Source of the DNA: Candidatus Micrarchaeota archaeon
GTDB lineage: Archaea > Micrarchaeota > Micrarchaeia > Micrarchaeales > CABMGC01
Reading direction: 5' to 3'
DNA: 44,219 bases
Assembly (NCBI GenBank): GCA_027449585.1
Contig: DAIDLJ010000005.1
Span: forward strand, 1 to 44,219
The translations under genes and the position numbers were made by a program. The notes under the pieces are model-generated. The model ran no database searches and was not told where the DNA came from. It saw only the letters and a list, made by a program, of their open reading frames with translations. Positions 8,337 through 17,841 of the stretch are shown here, piece after piece (within the stretch, counting starts at the first letter, position 1; each line of letters begins with the position of its first letter).

Positions 8337-8887
8337 AGCCCTGACCAGAGCTCCCAGAACTGCCGCCTGAGCTTATCTATGTCCTCCTTGCTCCTCGTTA
8401 TGCTTATCTGCTCGAGGTTCCTGTGAGTGCCCTTGTAGGTCAGATTTGCCGACCCGGTTATTGCCGCAGAGTCGGATATGTACATCTTTGCATGCACGAA
8501 CTGCCTTGGCACCTTGAGCATTATCCTCTTCCTTCCCAGGTTCTTTATCGATCCGACAATTATAGGTATTAGGGATAGCGCAAGTAAAGCTGCCGGGACG
8601 CGTATGTAGAGCAGAAGCGCAAGGAGAATGGAGGATAGGGAGAGATATGCTACCGCCCATATGCTTGACGTGCCCCGAAGCATGCTGAGCGCTTCGGGGT
8701 CCATAGACGAGGAGATCAAATATAGCTTCCTTCCCCTGGAGTAGCCGAGGAGTTTTTCGGCGTAGTATCTGTCGACATAAGGGGAGACTATTAGTATCTC
8801 CCTGCCGCGCTCTATCAGGGCGTCTATGTGCTTGTAGGTATCGCTGCCGTAGTAGTAGCTGCTGCCCAGGCCGCCCTTCCCAAACAT
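8333..8887 (-). CDS. single-HKD phospholipase D / Nuc-like protein with an internal hydrophobic hairpin
   Basis: HKD motif HAKMYISD...GSANLT. N-terminal PLD-like segment ILIVSPYV. A ~40-aa hydrophobic insert (IWAVAYLSLSSILLALLLYIRVPAALLALSLIPIIVGSI) sits between the two halves. Its 3' end overlaps the convergent upstream gene by 4 nt. Confidence 0.75.
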   Translation of the reverse strand: MFGKGGLGSSYYYGSDTYKHIDALIERGREILIVSPYVDRYYAEKLLGYSRGRKLYLISSSMDPEALSMLRGTSSIWAVAYLSLSSILLALLLYIRVPAALLALSLIPIIVGSIKNLGRKRIMLKVPRQFVHAKMYISDSAAITGSANLTYKGTHRNLEQISITRSKEDIDKLRRQFWELWSGL

Positions 8888-8952
8888 GATAGCTAATACG
8901 CAGAACTTAAATAAATAAGCTAGGGGCAGCTGCCCTGATTTATATTCTTTTC

Positions 8953-9687
8953 TTGAGAGAGTATTACGGTGCCTTCGTGAAGACAGAGAACTTTCTGTTC
9001 ATAATATCAGTGATTGCGATAGTCGGTATGACGCTGGTTCTGGCCCTTTCGGTGCTTTATCCGAACGGTAGCTTCCAGAACCAGGGCCTCAAGTTTGTGA
9101 CAGTTACTGCAAGCGGCACGAATTACACGTATCCTGCCGCCGCGACAGTCTATGTGACAATGAACGGCACAGGGACCACATCGGCGATAGCCGCATCCAA
9201 TCTTTCACTTACGCTCAGCGAGTTCAACTACACTGTGGCAAAGTACATAGGGAACAACTCGAGCAGGATAAGCACGCAGTCCTATTCTCTGCAAAAGCAG
9301 TGGAACAGCACGAAGTACGAGGCGGTAGAAACTGTCTCGGTATACGTTGCGCAGGTAGGAAACGTAACGCCGCTGCTCAACACTCTCTCGCTCATACAGA
9401 ATGTCTACGTAAGCCAGGTCTCCGCGCAGCTCACGCCATCGCAGGTGAGGCAGCTTAGCAACGATGCGCTCGCGCAGGCGATGAGCAATGCGACATCGCA
9501 GGCAAAAGTCATTTCCCAAAACATGAGCCTCACGCTAAGGAACGTGAGCATATCGAAGAGCTATACATATCCGTTCCCGCTATATGCAAACGGAGTTGCA
9601 TCTTCAGGAAACGGACCCAACCTGATATTCTTCAACGGAGTGCAGGGAGTGCGCCAGCAGGTCACCGTATCCTACACGTACACCTGA
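8953..9687 (+). CDS. membrane-anchored extracellular protein, SIMPL/DUF541-like, rich in N-glycosylation sequons
   Basis: TTG start, one N-terminal TM (FLFIISVIAIVGMTLVLALSVL), 12 N-x-S/T sequons by my count, and SIMPL-like periodicity (…ALAQAMSNATSQAKVIS…). Confidence 0.5.
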   Translation: MREYYGAFVKTENFLFIISVIAIVGMTLVLALSVLYPNGSFQNQGLKFVTVTASGTNYTYPAAATVYVTMNGTGTTSAIAASNLSLTLSEFNYTVAKYIGNNSSRISTQSYSLQKQWNSTKYEAVETVSVYVAQVGNVTPLLNTLSLIQNVYVSQVSAQLTPSQVRQLSNDALAQAMSNATSQAKVISQNMSLTLRNVSISKSYTYPFPLYANGVASSGNGPNLIFFNGVQGVRQQVTVSYTYT

Positions 9688-9692
9688 GCGCA

Positions 9693-10526
9693 TCAAAGCC
9701 TAGAGAGGTATCGCTCTATCCTGTACATGCGTGACTTTAGCCTCTTCCTATCCTTCCTTCTGGTGAGCTCCGCCCATTCCCTTGATATCCTTGCAAATTC
9801 ATTCTCTACCTTGTGCACGTTGGGGACGCCTACCTGAAGGTATGAGTAGAGCTCCGGACTTGCGTCGACTATGCTCTTCACAAAGGACTCCAGGAACCTA
9901 AAGCTCGTGCTGCTCGTGCTCATGAACTTGTGTATCTTAAGGCTTCTCCATGTGTCACCGGTAACGAATCCGACGTAGTGGGTGAGCGAGAGCATCGCCC
10001 CTATCATCTTGTCGTGCTTCTGGGGACTCATGATCACCACGTTGAATTTGCTCTTCCTAAGATACGCGCGAAGCTCGCTTGCGAAGGCGCGCTCCTTGCC
10101 ACTTGTCGGAGTCAGTATGAAGTTCTGGCCTTCTGCCTGCGCGGATGGACCAAACATCGGATGCGTCCCTAAGGCCACATTCTTCTTGATGTGCATGTGC
10201 AGGAGCTTGACCGGAACTGACTTTACAGAGGTTATGTCAATAACCTTCTGCCCCGCTTCCAGATGCGGCGAGATCTCTTTTAGAACGCCATCGAGGCGCT
10301 GGGCCATGACCGAGACGATTATCAGGTCTGCACCTTTTATCGCATCGGGGTTGCTTTTTGCCGCGGCAACGCCCAGATTCCTTGCTGCCCTGAGGCTTTT
10401 CAGCCGGCTTCTTCCTGATATGACCACCTTGCACCCCTTCCTTGAGAAGAAGCGCGAGAACCACTGGCCCATAAGCCCGTATCCGCCGATTATAGCTACC
10501 CTCTTTGGATTAAACATTCTTGCCAA
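9693..10526 (-). CDS. tyrA: prephenate dehydrogenase
   Basis: Rossmann motif VAIIGGYGLMGQWF and PDH-like core (THPMFGP). Overlaps the pheA 3' end by 17 nt, suggesting an operon. Confidence 0.85.
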   Translation of the reverse strand: MARMFNPKRVAIIGGYGLMGQWFSRFFSRKGCKVVISGRSRLKSLRAARNLGVAAAKSNPDAIKGADLIIVSVMAQRLDGVLKEISPHLEAGQKVIDITSVKSVPVKLLHMHIKKNVALGTHPMFGPSAQAEGQNFILTPTSGKERAFASELRAYLRKSKFNVVIMSPQKHDKMIGAMLSLTHYVGFVTGDTWRSLKIHKFMSTSSTSFRFLESFVKSIVDASPELYSYLQVGVPNVHKVENEFARISREWAELTRRKDRKRLKSRMYRIERYLSRL

Positions 10527-11334
10527 ACCTCGCCCTCGGATAGGAGCCTAGTATCTTAACAAAATCAGAATTGTCATAAAGTTCCTCGACGGCTTTTTTG
10601 ACATTGGAGCTGTTTATGCCGCCGTCGCAGTCCACATAGAAGTTGTACTCCCAGGGAGTGCCAGGTATTGGCCTTGACTGTATGTAAAGCAGGTTTACCC
10701 CGTTGTCGGCAAAAGAGTTAAGGGCCTTGAAGAGCGAGCCGGGCCTGTCCTTTGCGCTGAATGCTATTGTTGTCTTGTTGGGCGGCTTTGCCTTTGCATC
10801 CTTTGAGATTATCAGGAAACGCGTGTAGTTGTGCCTGCTTGACTGTATCTTCCTTGCAAGCACATCCATGCCATACACCTTCGCAGCCCTCTCGCTTGCT
10901 ATTGCAGCGGTGTTCTTCATCTTCGTCTCCTTGAGCATGCGCGCGCTGCCAGCCGTATCGTAGAACGGGACTGAATCGATCCCATGGCGGTCCAGAAACT
11001 CCCTGCACTGGCCGAGCGCCTGCGGGTGCGAATAGACCATCCTTATGTCAGCCATCCTGGTGCCCTCTGGCGCCATGAGGCAATGGGATACCTCCAGTAT
11101 AGTCTCGCCAACTATTGAGAGCTCCGATTTGAGTAGAAGGTCGTATGTCTGGGTCACTGCGCCTTCAATGGAATTCTCTATCGGCACGACCCCAACCCTT
11201 GAGTCTGTATCCGCAGACTCGAACACCTCCGGAAGGAACTTGCACCCCTTGAGCTTCGAGGCCTTGCCCAAGTATTTTATCGCCGCCTGCTCGCTATAGG
11301 CCCCTGGAACGCCAAAATATGCTGCATTGAACAT
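10510..11334 (-). CDS. pheA: prephenate dehydratase with C-terminal ACT domain
   Basis: FGVPGAYSEQAA at the N-terminus, a TRF motif (NYTRFLII), and the ACT-domain motif IQSRPIPGTPWEYNFYVD. I prefer ATG 11334 over the ORF-track TTG at 11388. Confidence 0.88.
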   Translation of the reverse strand: MFNAAYFGVPGAYSEQAAIKYLGKASKLKGCKFLPEVFESADTDSRVGVVPIENSIEGAVTQTYDLLLKSELSIVGETILEVSHCLMAPEGTRMADIRMVYSHPQALGQCREFLDRHGIDSVPFYDTAGSARMLKETKMKNTAAIASERAAKVYGMDVLARKIQSSRHNYTRFLIISKDAKAKPPNKTTIAFSAKDRPGSLFKALNSFADNGVNLLYIQSRPIPGTPWEYNFYVDCDGGINSSNVKKAVEELYDNSDFVKILGSYPRARFGKNV

Positions 11335-11403
11335 TAAAACACACTTCCGCGCAGTAATTGGCGGACCATACAACCTGTGATTGGACAAATATTAATATAA
11401 AAT

Positions 11404-12726
11404 ATGCATATGTGTATATCTGACAGGGGCTTCTTGATGGAACTCGAGGCTAGTAGGAAAATTTCTGGAAAGAAGTGGATGATACCCGTCTTGCCTGCAA
11501 ACCTTGCCGCAGGGCCGCTCTCAACATTCATAGCCCTCTACATATTGCAGGTTGGCGGAGATGCGCTCAGCGTGGCATACACCTTCACATTGGCAAGCGC
11601 GATTGCCATACCTTCAGTGTTCGTTTGGGGATATCTGACCGATCTCCTTAACAGGAGGAAGACGCTGATAATCTTCTCTTATCTCTTCACTGCAATGCTG
11701 ATACTGAGCCTCTTCTTCGTAAAGAGCATATATGCAGTTGCGCTGATATACGCATCGATAACCTTCGTCTGGTCCGCATCCGGAGTCCCCTTGAACCTCC
11801 TTGTAATGGACAACCAGAACAGGAACGAATGGGCAAAGGACTTCTCACTGCTTCAGATGATATCCGGTACCGGGACTACCGTAGGTCTTTTGGTGTCATG
11901 GATAGTGACTGGGGTATCCACGCTTAGCATGCTTCTGGTAGTACTTGCGTCATTTGCATTGCTATCTGCGCTGCTTGCCGCAAAGCTGATAATCGAGCCA
12001 AAGATGTCAAGGATAAGAATAGACCTGCAGGAGGGGATGCATTCGTTCATGTACCGGCTCGTTGCAATACCAAACATGCTGATAAGGATACCGCATCCTG
12101 CGGTGATAAAGAACTTCTTCAAGTTTAGGGGACTTGGATCGATTGAGAGGAATTTCATCATCTTCTTCTATGTCGTATCCTTCATATTCTTCTTTGGCAC
12201 GGCAGTCTTCAACACAGAATACACCGTGGGGCTTAAGATCTACGGGATGACAGAATCAACAATCTTTCTGATCGGGCTTATAGCCATGGCCGCGCAGACG
12301 ATCATCTTCTATTATTATGACAGACTGACCAAGGATCGCGACGGGGCGGCCATAGCAGTGGCTGCATTATTTAGCAGGGGGGCGTCGTATCTTGCTATTG
12401 GCGTGATCTTCCTGTTCTTCGTAAATGGACCGGTATTCTATGTGAGCAATTTCATCTTCTACACATTCGCCATAGGAATAGCATATGCAATCTACTACCC
12501 TGCATCATACGACATGCTCTTCAAGACTCTTGGCGGCCACAAGAAAGGAAGTGCAATGGGCGTGTACGGCGCTATAGCAGGGATCGGCACCCTAACAGGC
12601 ACATTCGCATCGGGTATCTTCTCCGTGGACTATGGATTTGGCATGACATTCATTATCGCAGCGCTGCTGATGTATTCGTGCAGCTATTTGTTCAAGATAC
12701 TGCCTAAATCTACAATGATTTCCTGA
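11404..12726 (+). CDS. MFS-type transporter (about 12 TM)
   Basis: Repeated hydrophobic helices with MFS-like loop motifs (DLLNRRKT). A TATA-like element directly abuts ATG 11404, so the ATG at 11437 may be the true start. Confidence 0.75.
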   Translation: MHMCISDRGFLMELEASRKISGKKWMIPVLPANLAAGPLSTFIALYILQVGGDALSVAYTFTLASAIAIPSVFVWGYLTDLLNRRKTLIIFSYLFTAMLILSLFFVKSIYAVALIYASITFVWSASGVPLNLLVMDNQNRNEWAKDFSLLQMISGTGTTVGLLVSWIVTGVSTLSMLLVVLASFALLSALLAAKLIIEPKMSRIRIDLQEGMHSFMYRLVAIPNMLIRIPHPAVIKNFFKFRGLGSIERNFIIFFYVVSFIFFFGTAVFNTEYTVGLKIYGMTESTIFLIGLIAMAAQTIIFYYYDRLTKDRDGAAIAVAALFSRGASYLAIGVIFLFFVNGPVFYVSNFIFYTFAIGIAYAIYYPASYDMLFKTLGGHKKGSAMGVYGAIAGIGTLTGTFASGIFSVDYGFGMTFIIAALLMYSCSYLFKILPKSTMIS

Positions 12727-12761
12727 CTAATCTGGAGTTTACGATTCTGCTGCGGCGCAAT

Positions 12762-13397
12762 TCAGATAAAACCGAGCCAGAGCAGCGCCATGCCTATGAA
12801 CTCGGCATAGTAGAGGAGATAAGGATATGATACTATGTATAGAGTGCCAGCTATGCTGACTATGCAGACCCCGGTTATTATGCTTATCATCTTCATGTTG
12901 TGGGTCTTGCGGTACGATATTGCAGCTATGAAGACTATTATGATGACCGCCACGAATGTGGCGATAGACGATGCGATTATTACAGGTATTGATGGCTGCC
13001 CAGCAACGACATAATTCATTATCAGGTTGCCCTGGTCCTTTGAGAAGATAAGATAGGCAGTTATTGCAGTTATTATGAGAGTGAATGCGTAATAGATGTT
13101 GCGATAGAGTTTGCTCTTTATCAGCTGTATGCTGCCCAGCGCAAGCATCTCGACAAGTACTACCACAAGTAGCAGGTACGAATCTATTAGGAAGCTGGAG
13201 TATATTCCCTGGGCAAAGAGCGTCTCCATCAGCACGGTTATCGCAAAGAGCCAAAGGCCAGCGCTCCAGAAGAGATGGCTCCTCTGCTTCTTACCTATCC
13301 ACTTCTTTGTCATGTACGCGGCGAGCACTATTGTAGGTATAGCAGTTAGCAGCGTTGCAAGAAATACCAGCATCTGCAGCGAGACCATTAGAACCAC
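12762..13397 (-). CDS. hypothetical polytopic membrane protein (about 7 TM)
   Basis: 211-aa ORF made almost entirely of hydrophobic helices. GTG start at 13397 or ATG at 13388. No recognised family. Confidence 0.55.
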   Translation of the reverse strand: MVLMVSLQMLVFLATLLTAIPTIVLAAYMTKKWIGKKQRSHLFWSAGLWLFAITVLMETLFAQGIYSSFLIDSYLLLVVVLVEMLALGSIQLIKSKLYRNIYYAFTLIITAITAYLIFSKDQGNLIMNYVVAGQPSIPVIIASSIATFVAVIIIVFIAAISYRKTHNMKMISIITGVCIVSIAGTLYIVSYPYLLYYAEFIGMALLWLGFI

Positions 13398-13405
13398 TAA
13401 TTTAG

Positions 13406-14035
13406 ATGCAAACTAAGTTTTTATATCTTATCCTGCAATCTGTGCTTATGGCGGAACACGGCGGCAGACGGATACTTGTGCTTGTAAGGCACGGCCAGAG
13501 CCAGACCAATGCGCTTGGAATAGTCTCCAGTTCTATCGAAGGGTATTCGCTCACCAAGACAGGATTTGAACAGGCGGCAAGGGCAGCAAAGAGCCTTTCA
13601 TCGCTTGGAGGCATAGACGGATTCTATTCGAGTCCAGTGCTTAGGGCAAGGCAGACTGCAGAAGTAATAGGAGAGGCAATAGGCATGAAGGCCATAGTGG
13701 ATGAGAGGCTTAGGGAGAGATGGTTTGGAAAGATCGAGGGCAAATCGATGCCAAGCAGTAGTAATGAGATATGGAAGAGCGATCCAAGGAACGAGGTAAT
13801 GCCCTGGGTGGAGCTTAAGGCGAAGGTCAGCTCGTTTATTGATAGCGCGGTTGGAAGCCGGATAGTTGCAGTGTCGCACGGGGACACGATAGAGGCGGCA
13901 TGCGATCTGATGGATGGCAGGGGAGCTGCTGTGCACCAGGCCCACTGCCCTAGAAACTGCAACTTCGTGATCATCGACCTTACAAACAGGGAGATAATCG
14001 CTTACGATGTAGAGGCTGTGCCTGAAGGCATCTGA
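13406..14035 (+). CDS. histidine phosphatase family protein (phosphoglycerate mutase-like)
   Basis: Catalytic RHG motif (LVRHGQSQTN) and downstream SHGDT. Likely start at ATG 13448. Confidence 0.85.
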   Translation: MQTKFLYLILQSVLMAEHGGRRILVLVRHGQSQTNALGIVSSSIEGYSLTKTGFEQAARAAKSLSSLGGIDGFYSSPVLRARQTAEVIGEAIGMKAIVDERLRERWFGKIEGKSMPSSSNEIWKSDPRNEVMPWVELKAKVSSFIDSAVGSRIVAVSHGDTIEAACDLMDGRGAAVHQAHCPRNCNFVIIDLTNREIIAYDVEAVPEGI

Positions 14036-14041
14036 TCATTG

Positions 14042-15778
14042 TCAGTGGGCGGGGGAGAGTTCCGCATGCGCGTGACTCTCGTTTATGTATCTTGGGCCTC
14101 TCTGCGACGAGGCTATTGCCGCGATTACCGATATGAATGCGCCGAAATACATGACCAGTCTCATGCCATGGATGAATGCCGATGATATGAGATTGGGGAA
14201 GAAGAGGTTTCCAGTTATCGTAGCCTGTTCTGCGGAGGTAAGCTGGCTAAAGCTTGACGGGGGTATCAGCGACTTCATTGGATTGAAGCCTATTAGCGAT
14301 GCAAAGAGCGCGGATGATGGCGCCAAATGAGAGAGGTTGAGCGCAAGCGGAGCAGAGATGTTCTCGGAGAGAAGCCCCGAATACAGCGCGGAGGGCAGGC
14401 CTTGTGATACGCCTATTGTAAGGATCGTAAAGAAAAGAACTATGCTAAACATCGTCGAGACGTTCATGAACGTCGCCCGCATACCAGACGCAACTCCTCG
14501 CCTCTCAGGAGGCACAGAGTTCATTATCGCAGTTGTGTTTGGCGCAGCGAATAGGCCCTGCCCTACTCCTAGCAGGAAGAGTATTGCCGCGAATGCCTCG
14601 TAGTTGAAGTTGATTGGAAGCATGGCCAGCATCAGAAATCCTGCTGCATTTATCAGCATTCCGACAGTAGTAAAGACCCTTGCGCCATACTTGTCTGATA
14701 AGTATCCAGATAGCGGGCCAAGTAGCATAAAGCCCAGAGGCAGAGGCAGCATATCTATTGCTGCGTGAAGCGGCGTGTCAATAAAATTCACGCCGTGCAG
14801 CGGAAGCCAGATCCCCTGGAGCCATATTATCATCATGAATTGCAGTCCGCCCCTTGCTATTCCTGCGAGCAGGAGGCTTATGTTTCCTGCAGCGAATGCG
14901 CGTATGCGAAAGAGTCCGAGGTGCAGCATTGGACTTTGCGCCTTTGCCTCTATGTAAATGAAAGCTAGCAGCATTATTGAACCGGCGATGATTAGGGCCA
15001 GGGAGTATGATGTGACTGCAGCAGGGACCACATAATATGTAAGGCCGAGAAGTATCATTATTATGCCAAGCGCAAATACGATGTTTCCAGGTATATCGAA
15101 CCTGCTGTCCTTGTCTATTGTCGCTATCTCCCTTAGGCCAAGATACGCCCATATGGTGCCAAGTATTCCTACAGGAACGCTCACAAGGAAGACCAGATGC
15201 CAGTCTATCGCAGCCAGAACGCCTCCGGCTACCAGGCCAAATAGGCTTCCCCCTATTGCAGCTATCTGGTTGAATCCCAGCGCCTTGCCGCGCTCATTGT
15301 GCGGGAATGCATCGGTAAGTATCGCGGCGCTGTTTGCCATCAGGAATGAGCCGCCTATTCCCTGGATTACCCTAAGTATTATAAGGGATACTGCGCCTTC
15401 CATGCCGCTTATGAACAGAGACGACAGATATAGGAGAGTGGATGAGACTGCGAATAGGAGAAAGCCCAGGTTGTAGAGCCTCACCCTACCGAACATGTCT
15501 GATAACCTGCCTATGGTTACCACAAACGATGCGCTCGCAATTGTGTATCCGAGCAGGAGCCATAGGAGCACGTCGGTGCTGCCTGAGGAAAGGACATTTA
15601 TGCCAAGGCCGCTTAGGACCGCAGGCAATGAGATTATCAGTATTGAGCCGTCGATGGTTGCCATCATGGCTCCCAGAGTGGTGTTGGATAATGCTATCCA
15701 TTTGTAGTTTATTCCAAATTTGCTCTCTTTCTTTGCGACTTCCTGGTCGTACTTGGAGGTTCTTTGAATTGGACCCAA
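14042..15778 (-). CDS. MFS transporter, DHA2 (14-TM EmrB/QacA-like) drug/H+ antiporter family
   Basis: 578 aa with about 14 hydrophobic helices. MFS motif A-like GRLSDMFGRVR and motif C-like region. Confidence 0.85.
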   Translation of the reverse strand: MGPIQRTSKYDQEVAKKESKFGINYKWIALSNTTLGAMMATIDGSILIISLPAVLSGLGINVLSSGSTDVLLWLLLGYTIASASFVVTIGRLSDMFGRVRLYNLGFLLFAVSSTLLYLSSLFISGMEGAVSLIILRVIQGIGGSFLMANSAAILTDAFPHNERGKALGFNQIAAIGGSLFGLVAGGVLAAIDWHLVFLVSVPVGILGTIWAYLGLREIATIDKDSRFDIPGNIVFALGIIMILLGLTYYVVPAAVTSYSLALIIAGSIMLLAFIYIEAKAQSPMLHLGLFRIRAFAAGNISLLLAGIARGGLQFMMIIWLQGIWLPLHGVNFIDTPLHAAIDMLPLPLGFMLLGPLSGYLSDKYGARVFTTVGMLINAAGFLMLAMLPINFNYEAFAAILFLLGVGQGLFAAPNTTAIMNSVPPERRGVASGMRATFMNVSTMFSIVLFFTILTIGVSQGLPSALYSGLLSENISAPLALNLSHLAPSSALFASLIGFNPMKSLIPPSSFSQLTSAEQATITGNLFFPNLISSAFIHGMRLVMYFGAFISVIAAIASSQRGPRYINESHAHAELSPAH

Positions 15779-15855
15779 AATGGTACCCTTGCTCTGCTAA
15801 TTAGCTGCAGTGCTGTTATGTCTGCATAAAAACATATTAACCTTCTAGGGCAGAT

Positions 15856-16575
15856 TTGTTTATGCAGAGAAAGAATGTGCTTATCTCTCCCTCGATTCTT
15901 GATTCGGATCTTTCCGACATTGGAGGAACGCTAAGAAGGCTGGACTTGGCAGGAGTTGACAGGATACACCTTGACGTCATGGATGGTCATTTCGTAAGGA
16001 ACCTATCGCTAGGTCCGCGCTCCATACAGTCTGCGAGGAGACATGCAAAGGCGCCGTTCGAGACGCACCTTATGATCAGCAATCCGGAAAAGTATGTAAA
16101 GGAATTTGCGGATGCCGGATCGGACATAATAATCGTGCATAGTGAAGCGTCGCATAAACTGGAAAGCACCATAAGATCAATACGAGGATGCGGCGCAATG
16201 GCCGGAATTGCGCTAAAGCCCGGCACGAGGGTAGAAGCTGCCAGAAAATATCTTGGGAGGATAGACACCCTGCTCATAATGGGCGTGCATCCGGGATTTG
16301 GCGGACAGAAATTCATATCCAGGTCTCTTGTCAAGATAAAGAAAGCGCGCGATATGATAGATGAGCTTGGATTGAAAACTGTTGTGGCAGTAGATGGAGG
16401 AATGAATGCGGATACTGCAAGGCTTGCCATAGCTGCAGGCGCAGATGAGATAGTGGCAGGATCTGCCATATTTAAATCCAATAATCCAGTGGGGTCGATA
16501 GCAAGGCTTCGCAAGATAGCAGACCATGAACTGCAAGTAAGGAATTTAAGTTTTAGGTACAGGAGAGTATTATGA
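15856..16575 (+). CDS. rpe: ribulose-phosphate 3-epimerase
   Basis: ISPSILDSD...HLDVMDGHFV..., plus the motifs MGVHPGFGGQKF and VDGG. Probable ATG at 15862, since the ORF-track start is TTG. Overlaps the next gene through ATGA. Confidence 0.9.
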   Translation: MFMQRKNVLISPSILDSDLSDIGGTLRRLDLAGVDRIHLDVMDGHFVRNLSLGPRSIQSARRHAKAPFETHLMISNPEKYVKEFADAGSDIIIVHSEASHKLESTIRSIRGCGAMAGIALKPGTRVEAARKYLGRIDTLLIMGVHPGFGGQKFISRSLVKIKKARDMIDELGLKTVVAVDGGMNADTARLAIAAGADEIVAGSAIFKSNNPVGSIARLRKIADHELQVRNLSFRYRRVL

Positions 16576-17102
16576 GGCGCTACACTGTTGCGGTTATCGG
16601 AAGCGACAACGGGCTTGAGGAGTCAGGCCATATAGCAATTGCACTTGGCAGGGAACTAGCAAAAAAGAGGGTCAATGTAATTACAGGAGCGGGCCGCGGA
16701 CTCCCATTGAAAGCTGCAGCAGCTGCAAAGAAGGCAGGCGGTCGGGTTTACGGAATCTCGCCGTGGGATAATGCAAGGACACATAGTGAAAAGCATCCTG
16801 AACAGGAGGGCATATTCGATTTCATATTCTACAGCGGGCTTGGGATGAATGGCAGGAACGTCATGCTTGCAAGAAGCGTTGACGCCTTGATAATGGTCGG
16901 TGGCGCGATGGGGACCCTCAATGAGTTCACCATAGCGTTCGACTACAGCAAGATAATAGGCGTGCTGGAGGGAAGCGGCGGATTTAGCGAGATGATACGC
17001 AAGATAGCGCCTCTTGGAAGGGACGTCGGGGCAAGGATAGTATACTCAAATGATCCGAAGACGCTTGTCGATAAGATATACAAGATGCTAAAGGAAGAGT
17101 GA
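16572..17102 (+). CDS. LOG/TIGR00725-family Rossmann-fold nucleotide-binding protein
   Basis: VAVIGS..., GAGRGL and a LOG-like GGxGTxxE motif (VGGAMGTLNEF). 176 aa. Translationally coupled to rpe. Confidence 0.72.
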   Translation: MRRYTVAVIGSDNGLEESGHIAIALGRELAKKRVNVITGAGRGLPLKAAAAAKKAGGRVYGISPWDNARTHSEKHPEQEGIFDFIFYSGLGMNGRNVMLARSVDALIMVGGAMGTLNEFTIAFDYSKIIGVLEGSGGFSEMIRKIAPLGRDVGARIVYSNDPKTLVDKIYKMLKEE

Positions 17103-17801
17103 TTACTCCGTTGCCATCCTTACTGAAATTGCTATTATCCACAAAATGACCGGAAGGATGATGAGCCGCTCAAGGCCGCCGAAGCCTAAGCCGTCTCCAA
17201 TTACTGGCCATCTTTGAATCACGCCAAAATCAGGAAGCATGAGGATGACTGCAAATGCGAGCGATGCGAGACCTGATAGCATGGTGTACTTTTGCCAGCC
17301 GCCGCTCCAGCGGCGATCTTTGCGCATTGCCATCGACGCAGCGACCAGGGACGCTCCGGAGCATACGAATGCTATAAGAGCAGAGGCTCCGTGCAGAGAA
17401 AGGAGCAGGTCTTCCGGGAAGAGCCCGACGCCCATTGCGCCTATTCCTGCGGCTGCAAAAAGTATTGACCAGACGCTATGCCATGCTCCCTTCCTAAACA
17501 ACTCCTCAGCAAGGAACATTCCGCAGACAAGAAGAAGCCCGAAGAGTGCCAGGGAGAAGTTGAAGATGAACCAGAGAGGCGAACTTGGCCACGATATCCT
17601 GCTTCCCTGATATGTGAAGTAAGGCGGATTTCCATTTTGTATCCCAGAGCTGCCTAGATTGCTTATAGGATTTGAAAGAAGATTATAGCATCCGCCGTAA
17701 TTAGCGCATCCGTATGCCATCTGGGTTATGGCCATAGCTATTATGAACTGCGCCGTTGCAAAAAGCCAGATCAAACCCGCCTTGCGCGTTGATTTCATCA
17801 T
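17103..17801 (-). CDS. polytopic membrane protein, DUF998-like
   Basis: 232 aa with about 6-7 TM helices. The N-terminal pattern, with the ISNLG loop, resembles DUF998. Confidence 0.5.
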   Translation of the reverse strand: MMKSTRKAGLIWLFATAQFIIAMAITQMAYGCANYGGCYNLLSNPISNLGSSGIQNGNPPYFTYQGSRISWPSSPLWFIFNFSLALFGLLLVCGMFLAEELFRKGAWHSVWSILFAAAGIGAMGVGLFPEDLLLSLHGASALIAFVCSGASLVAASMAMRKDRRWSGGWQKYTMLSGLASLAFAVILMLPDFGVIQRWPVIGDGLGFGGLERLIILPVILWIIAISVRMATE

Positions 17802-17841
17802 ATCCCCTAAGAATATCCGCAGTGCATGATTATTAACTAGG

